From positions 62,001 to 126,000 of the IMG/VR virus record IMGVR_UViG_3300030385_002649: a stretch of 64,000 nucleotides of DNA. One strand, given 5' to 3'. Every line of letters begins with the position of its first letter. Position 1 is the first letter of the stretch. Shown piece by piece: positions 8,373 through 15,950 of the stretch. The translations under genes were made by a program, and so were the position numbers. Below the pieces are notes generated by a model. It did no database searches. It worked only from the letters and a program-made list of their open reading frames with translations, and had not been told where the DNA came from.

Positions 8373-8975
8373 ATGGCGGTTACTGCTAACAAGGAACAAT
8401 TTGTGCTCATCTACACGAGCAACAAGAATCACGACAACCTGGTTTACCAAGTCGACAACGTGCATCGTGGGGTGTACCACTTGCGCTGTGTCGAGACTAG
8501 TCGGGTTATCAAGGCTCATAAGAGCCGTATTAGGAAAGTTCTATCCGAGGAGGAAATGATGAACGGAACTGGCGTTATTGAAGATACCGAGGTTGTCAAC
8601 GAGTCGACGACCACGGACAACATCGAAGTGAAGGCTCTAGAGGAAACTGACGAGACAATCGAGGCGATCAAGCCAAAGGCTAAGGTCAAGAAGACTAAAG
8701 CCCAAGCTATCCCCTTCGACTTCGATCAGTTCAAGACCGATGGTTACGAGATTTGGGTTAAGTCCGATCTTGAGTTCGACATCGAGAATGTTAAGGTTGA
8801 CGCGATCTGCCTCATCTACCCGGATGAGGCCAGTTACGAGACTTTCAACATCTACAACGGTTCTCTCGGAAAGAAGGGGTCTCGCGGTCAGAACTATAAG
8901 TTCACCGAGAAGAACACCATCGAGAGGAAGCGTAAGCAGCTGGGCAAGAAGGGCTACACCCAACGTAGCAACTAA
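8373..8975 (+). CDS. hypothetical protein, possible degenerate C-terminal WGR-like domain
   Basis: Strong AGGAGG RBS. C-terminus GKKGSRGQNYKF...KRKQLGKKGY parallels the PARP WGR GRVGERGQSRDF...KLREKKRKGY. Confidence 0.7.
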   Translation: MAVTANKEQFVLIYTSNKNHDNLVYQVDNVHRGVYHLRCVETSRVIKAHKSRIRKVLSEEEMMNGTGVIEDTEVVNESTTTDNIEVKALEETDETIEAIKPKAKVKKTKAQAIPFDFDQFKTDGYEIWVKSDLEFDIENVKVDAICLIYPDEASYETFNIYNGSLGKKGSRGQNYKFTEKNTIERKRKQLGKKGYTQRSN

Positions 8976-8992
8976 TGACACCAGCCAAGTGT

Positions 8993-9027
8993 GGGCGCCC
9001 GGGAGGAACAAACCCTCCCGGGCGCCC
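8993..9027. repeat. perfect 14-bp GC-rich inverted repeat (hairpin), 7-nt loop, no U-tract
   Basis: GGGCGCCCGGGAGG-aacaaac-CCTCCCGGGCGCCC. Confidence 0.85.
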
Positions 9028-9031
9028 TCGT

Positions 9032-9133
9032 ATGCTTAGAAACCATAAAGGAAGGTCCTGGCACAGTTTCTGGGTCACCTTAAAAAGGAACATGGATGCG
9101 ATGTACGGCATCGTACGGGTTACGAACTTGTGA
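9032..9133 (+). CDS. possible degenerate W-x-S microprotein (33 aa)
   Basis: MLRNHKGRSWHSFWVTLKRNMDAMYGIVRVTNL*; WHSFWV resembles WYSFWI at 13748. Confidence 0.3.
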   Translation: MLRNHKGRSWHSFWVTLKRNMDAMYGIVRVTNL

Positions 9134-9212
9134 GAATCTCTGGACCAGTTATCGAATTTATTATCTAAAAAATAATTCTTTTGTAATTAGTGCCAGGTCT
9201 CGGCGATTATAA
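9096..9212 (+). CDS. possible degenerate W-x-S microprotein (38 aa)
   Basis: MRCTASYGLRTCENLWTSYRIYYLKNNSFVISARSRRL*; ENLWTSYRI resembles ENCWYSYQI; AAGGA upstream. Confidence 0.4.
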   Translation: MRCTASYGLRTCENLWTSYRIYYLKNNSFVISARSRRL

Positions 9213-9357
9213 ATTCGCAAGCTGTACCAGGACCATCTGTTTGTTCCTATCCCTCGTGATCCCATGGTAGTGATTCTCTAGGAAATTCGAAAACATCTTC
9301 AGAGTTCAAGAGTTCTCTGAAAACAGCGGATTTGGAAGAAATGAGGAGTAGACGCCA

Positions 9358-9588
9358 ATGACAATCATTTTTCTTTGTGCCGTCCTGTTGATTACAGGAT
9401 TTATTACGCACCGACTGTATCTTAAAAATATCAGTCGGTGGCGTATGAGTAAAGTTGAACAAGATAGCGCAGTGATCGGGTATCATTGGGCTCAAGTAGA
9501 ACTGGATTACCTATATGCTGATTGCACTACCGATGAGTTTAATCGTTGGAATCCTCATCTCACTACGATTGAAAGAAAGAGCCACTAG
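9358..9588 (+). CDS. small membrane protein (N-terminal TM)
   Basis: GAGGAG RBS; hydrophobic IIFLCAVLLITGFI. Confidence 0.6.
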   Translation: MTIIFLCAVLLITGFITHRLYLKNISRWRMSKVEQDSAVIGYHWAQVELDYLYADCTTDEFNRWNPHLTTIERKSH

Positions 9589-9675
9589 CGGCATTTTCGA
9601 GCGCATGATGCGCGATCCCAAATTACTAACCACCATTAAACAGCTTGACAAAGCGACAAAGCGATGGAGCGATAA

Positions 9676-10002
9676 ATGACTGAAACCATTGAACAAACCG
9701 GCACTGTAACCACCACAGACACGGACACCGAAACCCAAGGTAAGAGCGGCTACTATCCAAAGTGGGTCGTCATTTTCCACAATGACGATGGCACTGCCTA
9801 TGATTTCGTCGTCGGGGTTCTCGTCAAGTTCTTCAACAAAGCAATGAAAGACGCCCAGCAATTAGCCGAGGAAGTCCACAAGAACGGTCAAGGCGTTGCT
9901 GGGATTTTCCCTAAGGAACAAGCTGAATTCCGCTCCCATGAGACGATGAAACTCGCCCGAGAACACGGTTATCCCCTGCAACTCTCGGTTGAGCCTGAGT
10001 GA
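9676..10002 (+). CDS. clpS: ATP-dependent Clp protease adaptor ClpS
   Basis: WVVIFHNDD..YDFVVGVL..FF...EVHKNGQG...YPLQLSVEPE; N-degron pocket NDD/H retained. Confidence 0.92.
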   Translation: MTETIEQTGTVTTTDTDTETQGKSGYYPKWVVIFHNDDGTAYDFVVGVLVKFFNKAMKDAQQLAEEVHKNGQGVAGIFPKEQAEFRSHETMKLAREHGYPLQLSVEPE

Positions 10003-10004
10003 GA

Positions 10005-10172
10005 ATGAAGTTCTTATCGCCAGAATGGTGGAAAAACGATCCTTCCTCAACTTGTCGTTGTGGATCACCGCTGAGCATCAACTCAATTGCTACGTGTCCT
10101 TGTGGGTCTATAGCGTGGTTCTCGGCGGAAATACTTAGTGAGGTCAGGTTTTACAACCGATTGGTCCATTAA
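10005..10172 (+). CDS. CRCG/W-x-SA microprotein, array 2 member A (55 aa), not in ORF track
   Basis: MKFLSPEWWKNDPSSTCRCGSPLSINSIATCPCGSIAWFSAEILSEVRFYNRLVH*; 2 nt after the clpS stop; TAATG overlap with the next ORF. Confidence 0.78.
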   Translation: MKFLSPEWWKNDPSSTCRCGSPLSINSIATCPCGSIAWFSAEILSEVRFYNRLVH

Positions 10173-10381
10173 TGTCGTTGTTCGAAAAAGTGACGCATCA
10201 TGACATTGAAGAATGGTTCACTAACTGGAAAGACCCTGCTGAAATGTGCCGGTGTGGGTATAGTCTATATGATCATACTATGCAGAGTCATTTTCATGCT
10301 TGGTATTCCGCAGAAATACTTAGTGATGAACAGTTCAATGAAAATATGAGTGAAAATATGAACGCGAAATCGAACAAATGA
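10172..10381 (+). CDS. CRCG/W-x-SA microprotein, array 2 member B (69 aa)
   Basis: WKDPAEMCRCGYSLYDH...HAWYSAEILSDEQF. Confidence 0.78.
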   Translation: MSLFEKVTHHDIEEWFTNWKDPAEMCRCGYSLYDHTMQSHFHAWYSAEILSDEQFNENMSENMNAKSNK

Positions 10382-10590
10382 GCGACGCATGGAAACGGAC
10401 ATGGAAAGACCCAGCCAAAATTTGTAGATGCGGCAGCCTTGTGATGGTACCATGGCACAGACACAAACCGTGGATTTCTGCTATCATTTTAAGCGACATT
10501 CAATTCTACAAGATTTATGACATGAAAACGGTTAGGCTCAGAATAAATGAAACTCATCCCATCGATTATAAAAGACCTTCTAAAAGATAG
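10378..10590 (+). CDS. CRCG/W-x-SA microprotein, array 2 member C (70 aa)
   Basis: WKDPAKICRCGSLVMVPWHRHKPWISAIILSDIQFY; ATGA overlap. Confidence 0.78.
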   Translation: MSDAWKRTWKDPAKICRCGSLVMVPWHRHKPWISAIILSDIQFYKIYDMKTVRLRINETHPIDYKRPSKR

Positions 10591-10885
10591 CTGCGAGCTA
10601 GAGGTAGAGGTTCTAGACTGTGGGTGGGTTTCAGACTTGCTAACGCATCTATACGTTCCAGCGGCAGAAATGGACATTGAGATTAGCCTGAATGAAGGAC
10701 TTATCAATGTCCAAGCATGGGGCGACGACAGTGTTTATAATTGTAGAGTATTTGACCCTCACGACATAGAGTTCATAGACGATCTAAGAGAATACTTGAT
10801 TCCTATGTGCGAAAACCATGAAGTACACATGAGGTACCCAGATGAAAAAAGCGGAAATAATCCAGAAGCTAGTAAAACACCTTAA
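10547..10885 (+). CDS. hypothetical protein (112 aa)
   Basis: Fills the gap before ligA; weak resemblance to the 147..542 frame (IIKDLLKDSCELEV vs IIRGWLQETCPDLTV). Confidence 0.65.
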   Translation: MKLIPSIIKDLLKDSCELEVEVLDCGWVSDLLTHLYVPAAEMDIEISLNEGLINVQAWGDDSVYNCRVFDPHDIEFIDDLREYLIPMCENHEVHMRYPDEKSGNNPEASKTP

Positions 10886-12779
10886 CCGTTGCGACCTAGC
10901 CTATTACAACCAAACCCCACTCATCAGCGACCAAGACTACGACAAACTCCGAGACAAGCTAACCAGCCTAGACCCAAGCAACCCCTTCCTCGCAAAAGTT
11001 GGGGCTCCCGTCGTCACCACGGACGGACGAAGCAAGCACACACATAAATCGCTCATCGGGTCCCTTGCCAAGTGCAAGACCAAAGAAGAGTTCATGAAAT
11101 GGGCCGAGGGAAAGGGCCCCCTGTGCGTCAGCTACAAGTATGATGGCAGTACAGTAGTCGCCACCTACGAAAGCGGTACGCTGAAAACTCTAGCGACCCG
11201 TGGCGATGGCACCATCGGAGAAGATATCACGGACAATGCCGACCTGATAGGCTCAAAATCCAACACTTACCATTTCATCCCGAAGCAACTTACCTCCGAT
11301 TTTACCGGAGAAATCCGAGGCGAAGCTATCCTGCGTTTAGGTCGGTTTGAAGAGTTCTTCAAGCCCGCTGGTTACAAAAACGCCCGCAACGCCGCCAACG
11401 GAAAAGTCCGCGATATGAAGCGCGACGACCTGATCAAATGGTTGGAAGTGGTGTGGTTCGATATCATCCCCGAGGACCGTGATGTCAAGACTGAGGGAGA
11501 GAAATGGGCTCTCATCCAGGAACTTGTCAACGATGATCGCCCCACCACTAAGAGTCTCGCTATGGCTCAGATCCAGACTGACGCCGAGAAGGCATGGGAG
11601 ATCTTCGAGGAGGTCGGCAAGCTTAGGTCCGGCTTGGACTTTGAGATTGACGGTATAGTCGTCAAGGTAAACGATATTGATGACCAAGAGTCCTTCGGTG
11701 TCACTAGTAACCGGCCCAATGGGGCTATCGCTATCAAGTTCCCCTCTTTGGGAGCAGAAACCTTTTTGGAGAGTATCGAATGGAATCGTGGATTGACAGG
11801 GGTTTACGCCCCGACCGGGATCCTCAAGTCGGTAGATATCGGCGGAGTGACCATAGGAAGAGTCTCCCTGTGCGGCATGGACGAGATCCGCAGGTTGAAG
11901 ATCGCCCCAGGAGACAAGGTCTACATCACCCGGCGAAATGACGTCATCCCCAAGGTTGAATATGTCATCAATCGGACCCCACAGCCGGGGACCATCCGAA
12001 CTCCAGTTAAAGCACCTAAGACGTGTAATGAGTGTGACGCCGACCTGATCCAGAACGGATCCTACCTGATCTGCCGAAACCCGGACTGCCAGGGAGAGAT
12101 TTTCGGTAGTCTCATGACCTGGATTCAGCGTTTGAAGATTAAAGGGCTAGGGTCTTCAGTGCTCCGGTCCCTCATCGACGAGGGCGTCACGGACATCTGC
12201 AAGCTCTACGAAGCTCAAGAGGAAGTCTATGAAAAAGCAACAAGATCCTCAAAGCTTGCAGCTAAGCTCTACGCATCCGTGCAATCAACAACGGAAGTTA
12301 GACTTGGTACTTTCTTATCAGGGCTCTGTATACCGTCTCTCGGGGCTACAAACGGTACGCGGTTGGAAAAGCGATTTAATACGCTTGAAGCAGTTGTCGC
12401 AGCATCCGAAGAAGACCTGGAAGGAGTACCGGGCATCAAAACAAATGCTAAGAAAATCAGAGCAGGACTTGACGCTAAATCCGATCTAATCGAAGGATTA
12501 GCTAAGATCCTAACGATCAAGACTCTAGACACTAGTGGGCCTCTAGCTGGACACACTGTCTGTGTCACCGGGGATTTAACCGTCCCAAGGTCTAAGTTCC
12601 AAGATTGGATTAGGTCTCTAGGAGGGGAAGTTAAGTCGGGCGTCTCTAAGGACCTATCGTATCTTATAACTAACGCTCCTGCAAGCGGCACTTCTAAGAA
12701 CAAGAAAGCGGACAAGTATGGTGTCAGAAAGTGTACTGAAACGGATTTCTATAGTCTTATCGGGTCCTCGCCAGCCTAA
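10842..12779 (+). CDS. ligA: NAD-dependent DNA ligase
   Basis: KYDG adenylation motif, TRGDG, EIRGE, DGIVVK, AIKF, C4 Zn finger, HhH repeats, C-terminal BRCT (VCVTG...GGEVKSGVSKDLSYLI). Confidence 0.96.
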   Translation: MKKAEIIQKLVKHLNRCDLAYYNQTPLISDQDYDKLRDKLTSLDPSNPFLAKVGAPVVTTDGRSKHTHKSLIGSLAKCKTKEEFMKWAEGKGPLCVSYKYDGSTVVATYESGTLKTLATRGDGTIGEDITDNADLIGSKSNTYHFIPKQLTSDFTGEIRGEAILRLGRFEEFFKPAGYKNARNAANGKVRDMKRDDLIKWLEVVWFDIIPEDRDVKTEGEKWALIQELVNDDRPTTKSLAMAQIQTDAEKAWEIFEEVGKLRSGLDFEIDGIVVKVNDIDDQESFGVTSNRPNGAIAIKFPSLGAETFLESIEWNRGLTGVYAPTGILKSVDIGGVTIGRVSLCGMDEIRRLKIAPGDKVYITRRNDVIPKVEYVINRTPQPGTIRTPVKAPKTCNECDADLIQNGSYLICRNPDCQGEIFGSLMTWIQRLKIKGLGSSVLRSLIDEGVTDICKLYEAQEEVYEKATRSSKLAAKLYASVQSTTEVRLGTFLSGLCIPSLGATNGTRLEKRFNTLEAVVAASEEDLEGVPGIKTNAKKIRAGLDAKSDLIEGLAKILTIKTLDTSGPLAGHTVCVTGDLTVPRSKFQDWIRSLGGEVKSGVSKDLSYLITNAPASGTSKNKKADKYGVRKCTETDFYSLIGSSPA

Positions 12780-12824
12780 AGAGATCCGGAAGACTCGAAC
12801 CACGCACAAAATAAAGGAACACAT

Positions 12825-13748
12825 ATGGCCCTCGGATTATGCTGCCAATGGTTAGAAATCAAAAAAGGCAAACCAAAGAATGTGCTCATAAGCAGAAGTC
12901 TTCAATTGGGCCGTTTTAACAGAGGTGAATATAGTCGAGAAAAGATCAAGAAGACATTTATAGACAACCTTCAAAATGTCTTAGACGTTATGCCTAAGAT
13001 TGTAGCATCTGGGGTTCGTTCTCTACGCATTAGCAGTTCAATGTTTCCTCTTTTTGATAAAGTTGACAAAGAATTGGCTGAAAATAAAGAAACCGATTTG
13101 TTACTTGCTGAAATAGGTTCAATGGCATTAATCAATGGCGTTAGAATCACCACTCATCCCGCTCAGTTTACAGTTATTTCAAGCGATAACCCAAAAGTGG
13201 TTGATAATTCTATCCGAGAATTGGAGTATCACGCTTGGATGTTCGATAAAATGGGGCTTCCACAAACCCCTCATTATAGCATCAACATCCATGGAGGTAA
13301 AAGGGACCGAAAAACGCAATTGATATCAGGAATTGAACGTCTTAATGACTCAACTCGTCTCCGCTTAACCTTAGAGAATTGTGAATTTGCGTACAGTGTT
13401 AAAGATTTAGCGTTAGTTGCGAAGGACGTAAAAGTTCCCATTTGTTTTGATAGTCACCATCATCGATTTAACTCTTCGGACCTGTCTGGTGAAAAAGCCA
13501 TGGGTATAGCGATAAAAAGCTGGCCATCCGGCAGCAAACCCATGACCCATTTAAGCAATTCCAAACCAGAATATGTAGAAACTGATTCCGTCACTAAATT
13601 ACGAAAGCATAGTGATTATTTACATCAAGTTCCAGAATATCAATTAAAAGCTAACAACGATGGGTTGATTGATATAGAAATTGAAGCTAAAATGAAAAAC
13701 CTCGCCATCTTTAAAGCTGTAAATGATTTTGGTTTACAGCTTAATTAA
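12825..13748 (+). CDS. uvsE: UV-damage endonuclease (UvsE/UvdE)
   Basis: LGLCC, RISSSMFP, RITTHPAQF, NIHGG, LTLENCE, CFDSHHH, HSDY, IEIEAKMK. Confidence 0.93.
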   Translation: MALGLCCQWLEIKKGKPKNVLISRSLQLGRFNRGEYSREKIKKTFIDNLQNVLDVMPKIVASGVRSLRISSSMFPLFDKVDKELAENKETDLLLAEIGSMALINGVRITTHPAQFTVISSDNPKVVDNSIRELEYHAWMFDKMGLPQTPHYSINIHGGKRDRKTQLISGIERLNDSTRLRLTLENCEFAYSVKDLALVAKDVKVPICFDSHHHRFNSSDLSGEKAMGIAIKSWPSGSKPMTHLSNSKPEYVETDSVTKLRKHSDYLHQVPEYQLKANNDGLIDIEIEAKMKNLAIFKAVNDFGLQLN

Positions 13749-13906
13749 TGCAAAACTCTACAGTCTCATCGGGTCCTCGCCAGCCTGATAGGCGTAAAAG
13801 AGGCGAATCACCACCGCCGGGTTCAAGATGGTATTCATTTTGGATCCGCCGCAAAAGGAAAAGACTTCGAGATGGACCTATTCGACGATTGTTACTGGGG
13901 GAATAA
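13748..13906 (+). CDS. possible basic W-x-S microprotein (52 aa), not in ORF track
   Basis: MQNSTVSSGPRQPDRRKRGESPPPGSRWYSFWIRRKRKRLRDGPIRRLLLGE*; TAATG overlap with uvsE; lacks Cys. Confidence 0.45.
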   Translation: MQNSTVSSGPRQPDRRKRGESPPPGSRWYSFWIRRKRKRLRDGPIRRLLLGE

Positions 13907-14063
13907 ACAAAAACGCAAGGAATACTACAAGAAATATGTTGAAGGCTGGAAGACCAGACCGTGCTCGGCCTGTGCCGGATCTGGCCATTACGACAGGGGC
14001 GGAAGCCCAAAATGCCAAGGCTGTGAACCGCCAGGGTCTGGAAAAGAAAGATATAAGCCATGA
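13872..14063 (+). CDS. small DnaJ-type Zn-finger protein
   Basis: CSACAGSG...CQGC..PGSG; ATGA overlap with 14060. Confidence 0.65.
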   Translation: MDLFDDCYWGNKQKRKEYYKKYVEGWKTRPCSACAGSGHYDRGGSPKCQGCEPPGSGKERYKP

Positions 14064-14662
14064 AGCTTAAAGCTGCCTTGAAAAGCGAACAAAACCTCAA
14101 GTGCGCAATTTGCAAAGACAATGACGATGGTCTTATGCTATGCGCTAAGTGCAACACTGTTCAGCACGCTTCATGCATGATCGAATTTAAAGGCTGTTCT
14201 GGCTGTGGAAATAGCGACCCTCATGCCGAGAAGCCTGCCAAAAAGAAAACAGAAACCAAAACGAGCAGTGCTCACACTTTGTCTAGACAGGATTCAGGTG
14301 TGCTCTGCGACCCCTCATTCGGTTATTGTCATTATCCAATGGGAACGCAACATTTTTGTCCATACCACAGAATTACGACGACCGATGATTATCAAGTTCC
14401 TAAAAGGAATGATGGGCCGCACGGATCACACAGACCGTGTCGGTCTTGTGGTCCCCACACTTATTCTCCTGGCGACATGCAGTCTAAAAGAACACACGGT
14501 TGCTGCTGTTGCTCCTGTTGGCGTTATAGGTCCTCAGAAGAACGAGACCGAGTCATGCCAGAGATGGAGATATCTGGCATGTTTGTTAATGCCGCTAAGC
14601 TATTCGTTTTTTCACTAATAGTTTTCTCTCTTGCGGACCTCCTTGTGGCGTTAAGTATCTAA
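14060..14662 (+). CDS. prokaryotic RING-like finger protein with C-terminal TM helix
   Basis: CAIC...LMLCAKCNTVQHASCMIEFKGCSGC fits the Prok-RING_1 pattern; extra Cys/His clusters; hydrophobic C-terminus. Confidence 0.6.
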   Translation: MKLKAALKSEQNLKCAICKDNDDGLMLCAKCNTVQHASCMIEFKGCSGCGNSDPHAEKPAKKKTETKTSSAHTLSRQDSGVLCDPSFGYCHYPMGTQHFCPYHRITTTDDYQVPKRNDGPHGSHRPCRSCGPHTYSPGDMQSKRTHGCCCCSCWRYRSSEERDRVMPEMEISGMFVNAAKLFVFSLIVFSLADLLVALSI

Positions 14663-14681
14663 ACTGAAGCGAGAGAGAATA

Positions 14682-15083
14682 ATGGAAGACCCAGGCCAAA
14701 TCGTCACTTTAATGGATTACCAACAGTTCTGCGACCAGAGATCGGGATACGAATTCTCAGCTCTGATTGGTCGAGGCGACCCGTGCTTACAAGTTGGGCA
14801 CGAGTTGGTTTATAATTCATTAGGTCTAGCTGGGGAAGCTGGGGAGTTCGTCGAGAAGATTAAAAAGGCCATTCGTATGGCCAACATCGACAGTTTTTAC
14901 GGTACCATCGACGATGAAAAAAGATTGGCTTGCCTAAAGGAATTAGGGGATGTGATGTATTATGTCTCTCGGTGCGCCAATCTTTTAGACTCTAGCTTGG
15001 AAGAGGTCGCTGAAATCCACAAGGTAAAGCTCCTAGACCGGATTGAGCGTGGAGTTGTTAAGGGAGAAGGCGATGACCGATAA
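14682..15083 (+). CDS. MazG-like nucleotide pyrophosphohydrolase
   Basis: GLAGEAGEFVEKIKK...KELGDVMYY...KLLDRIERGVVKGEGDDR. Confidence 0.9.
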   Translation: MEDPGQIVTLMDYQQFCDQRSGYEFSALIGRGDPCLQVGHELVYNSLGLAGEAGEFVEKIKKAIRMANIDSFYGTIDDEKRLACLKELGDVMYYVSRCANLLDSSLEEVAEIHKVKLLDRIERGVVKGEGDDR

Positions 15084-15480
15084 GCCTGAGGACGATGACG
15101 ACGAGTACCAAAACTTGGATGAATTTCTAAAAGACTTTTACGGACGCAAATCAGAACAAGAGCTAGAAGAATTGCTAGCTAAAATAACAGAAGGTGAAGA
15201 GATGGACGAAGATGACGATCTAGACATTATTGTGCACGGCCCTTTACACGTGCCCATGATTGACCTCACAGAAGAGATCGGAATGGCATTTGTTCACAGC
15301 GGAAGCTCCGTGGGAATTGTCATGAAGGATTCTTTCGCTAGAGAAAAGTTCATCAACGCTATCACCACCTGGGCTCTAGAGTCTGACTTAAAGAAGCACT
15401 TCATCATCTCCCCTAAGGGTGAAGACGAAGACCATATCAAGTGTATCGAACACATTATTACTGACCATTTCGATCAGTAA
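15073..15480 (+). CDS. acidic hypothetical protein
   Basis: Track ORF 15043..15480; in-frame ATG at 15073 is the likelier start. Confidence 0.65.
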   Translation: MTDKPEDDDDEYQNLDEFLKDFYGRKSEQELEELLAKITEGEEMDEDDDLDIIVHGPLHVPMIDLTEEIGMAFVHSGSSVGIVMKDSFAREKFINAITTWALESDLKKHFIISPKGEDEDHIKCIEHIITDHFDQ

Positions 15481-15501
15481 CTACAAGAGAGGAGAATCAT
15501 C

Positions 15502-15747
15502 ATGGTCGATAGAAAACAATCAGTCTGGACAGAGGTCGGAGCCGTAGAACTTGACGGAGGTATCACTGAAACCACAAGCCACATGCGAGTCATGGGCGGT
15601 TTTATGTACCGAATCTCAACCTCATGGAAAGGCGACGAGGACCGCCCAGGCGGCAGAGCAGAAGCCCTAGCGTTCGTTCCAGTTGACCCAGAAGTCACTA
15701 AGAACCTGCGCCCACAAGTTCGACGCGCCCCGACTCGATCTAGATGA
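15502..15747 (+). CDS. hypothetical protein (81 aa)
   Basis: AGAGGAG RBS; ATGA overlap downstream. Confidence 0.7.
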   Translation: MVDRKQSVWTEVGAVELDGGITETTSHMRVMGGFMYRISTSWKGDEDRPGGRAEALAFVPVDPEVTKNLRPQVRRAPTRSR

Positions 15748-15950
15748 CATTGGGTGAAGTAACCAAAGCATTATCAGCTTTGAGGGATAAGCTTCCAAAC
15801 GACCCGGACTTAAAAGTTAGGTTAATTGGTCACGACGACAGTTTTCATTTCGCGCCAACTTATGAAATTCTGGTGACTGACGGGGAAGTGGTGCTCAGCG
15901 GAGTGCCACCAGAGTTGGCGAAAGCATATGGCCTCGATGAGCGTAACTGA
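15744..15950 (+). CDS. hypothetical protein (68 aa)
   Basis: Coupled ORF in the + strand run. Confidence 0.6.
   Translation: MTLGEVTKALSALRDKLPNDPDLKVRLIGHDDSFHFAPTYEILVTDGEVVLSGVPPELAKAYGLDERN

Noticed and set aside
7446-10590. Diversity-generating retroelement template/variable repeats
   Set aside because: No reverse transcriptase in the window; differences between copies include indels and are not adenine-specific.
10842-12779. Intein or intron in ligA or the helicase
   Set aside because: Lengths and motif spacing are normal; no intein splice-junction or homing-endonuclease motifs seen.
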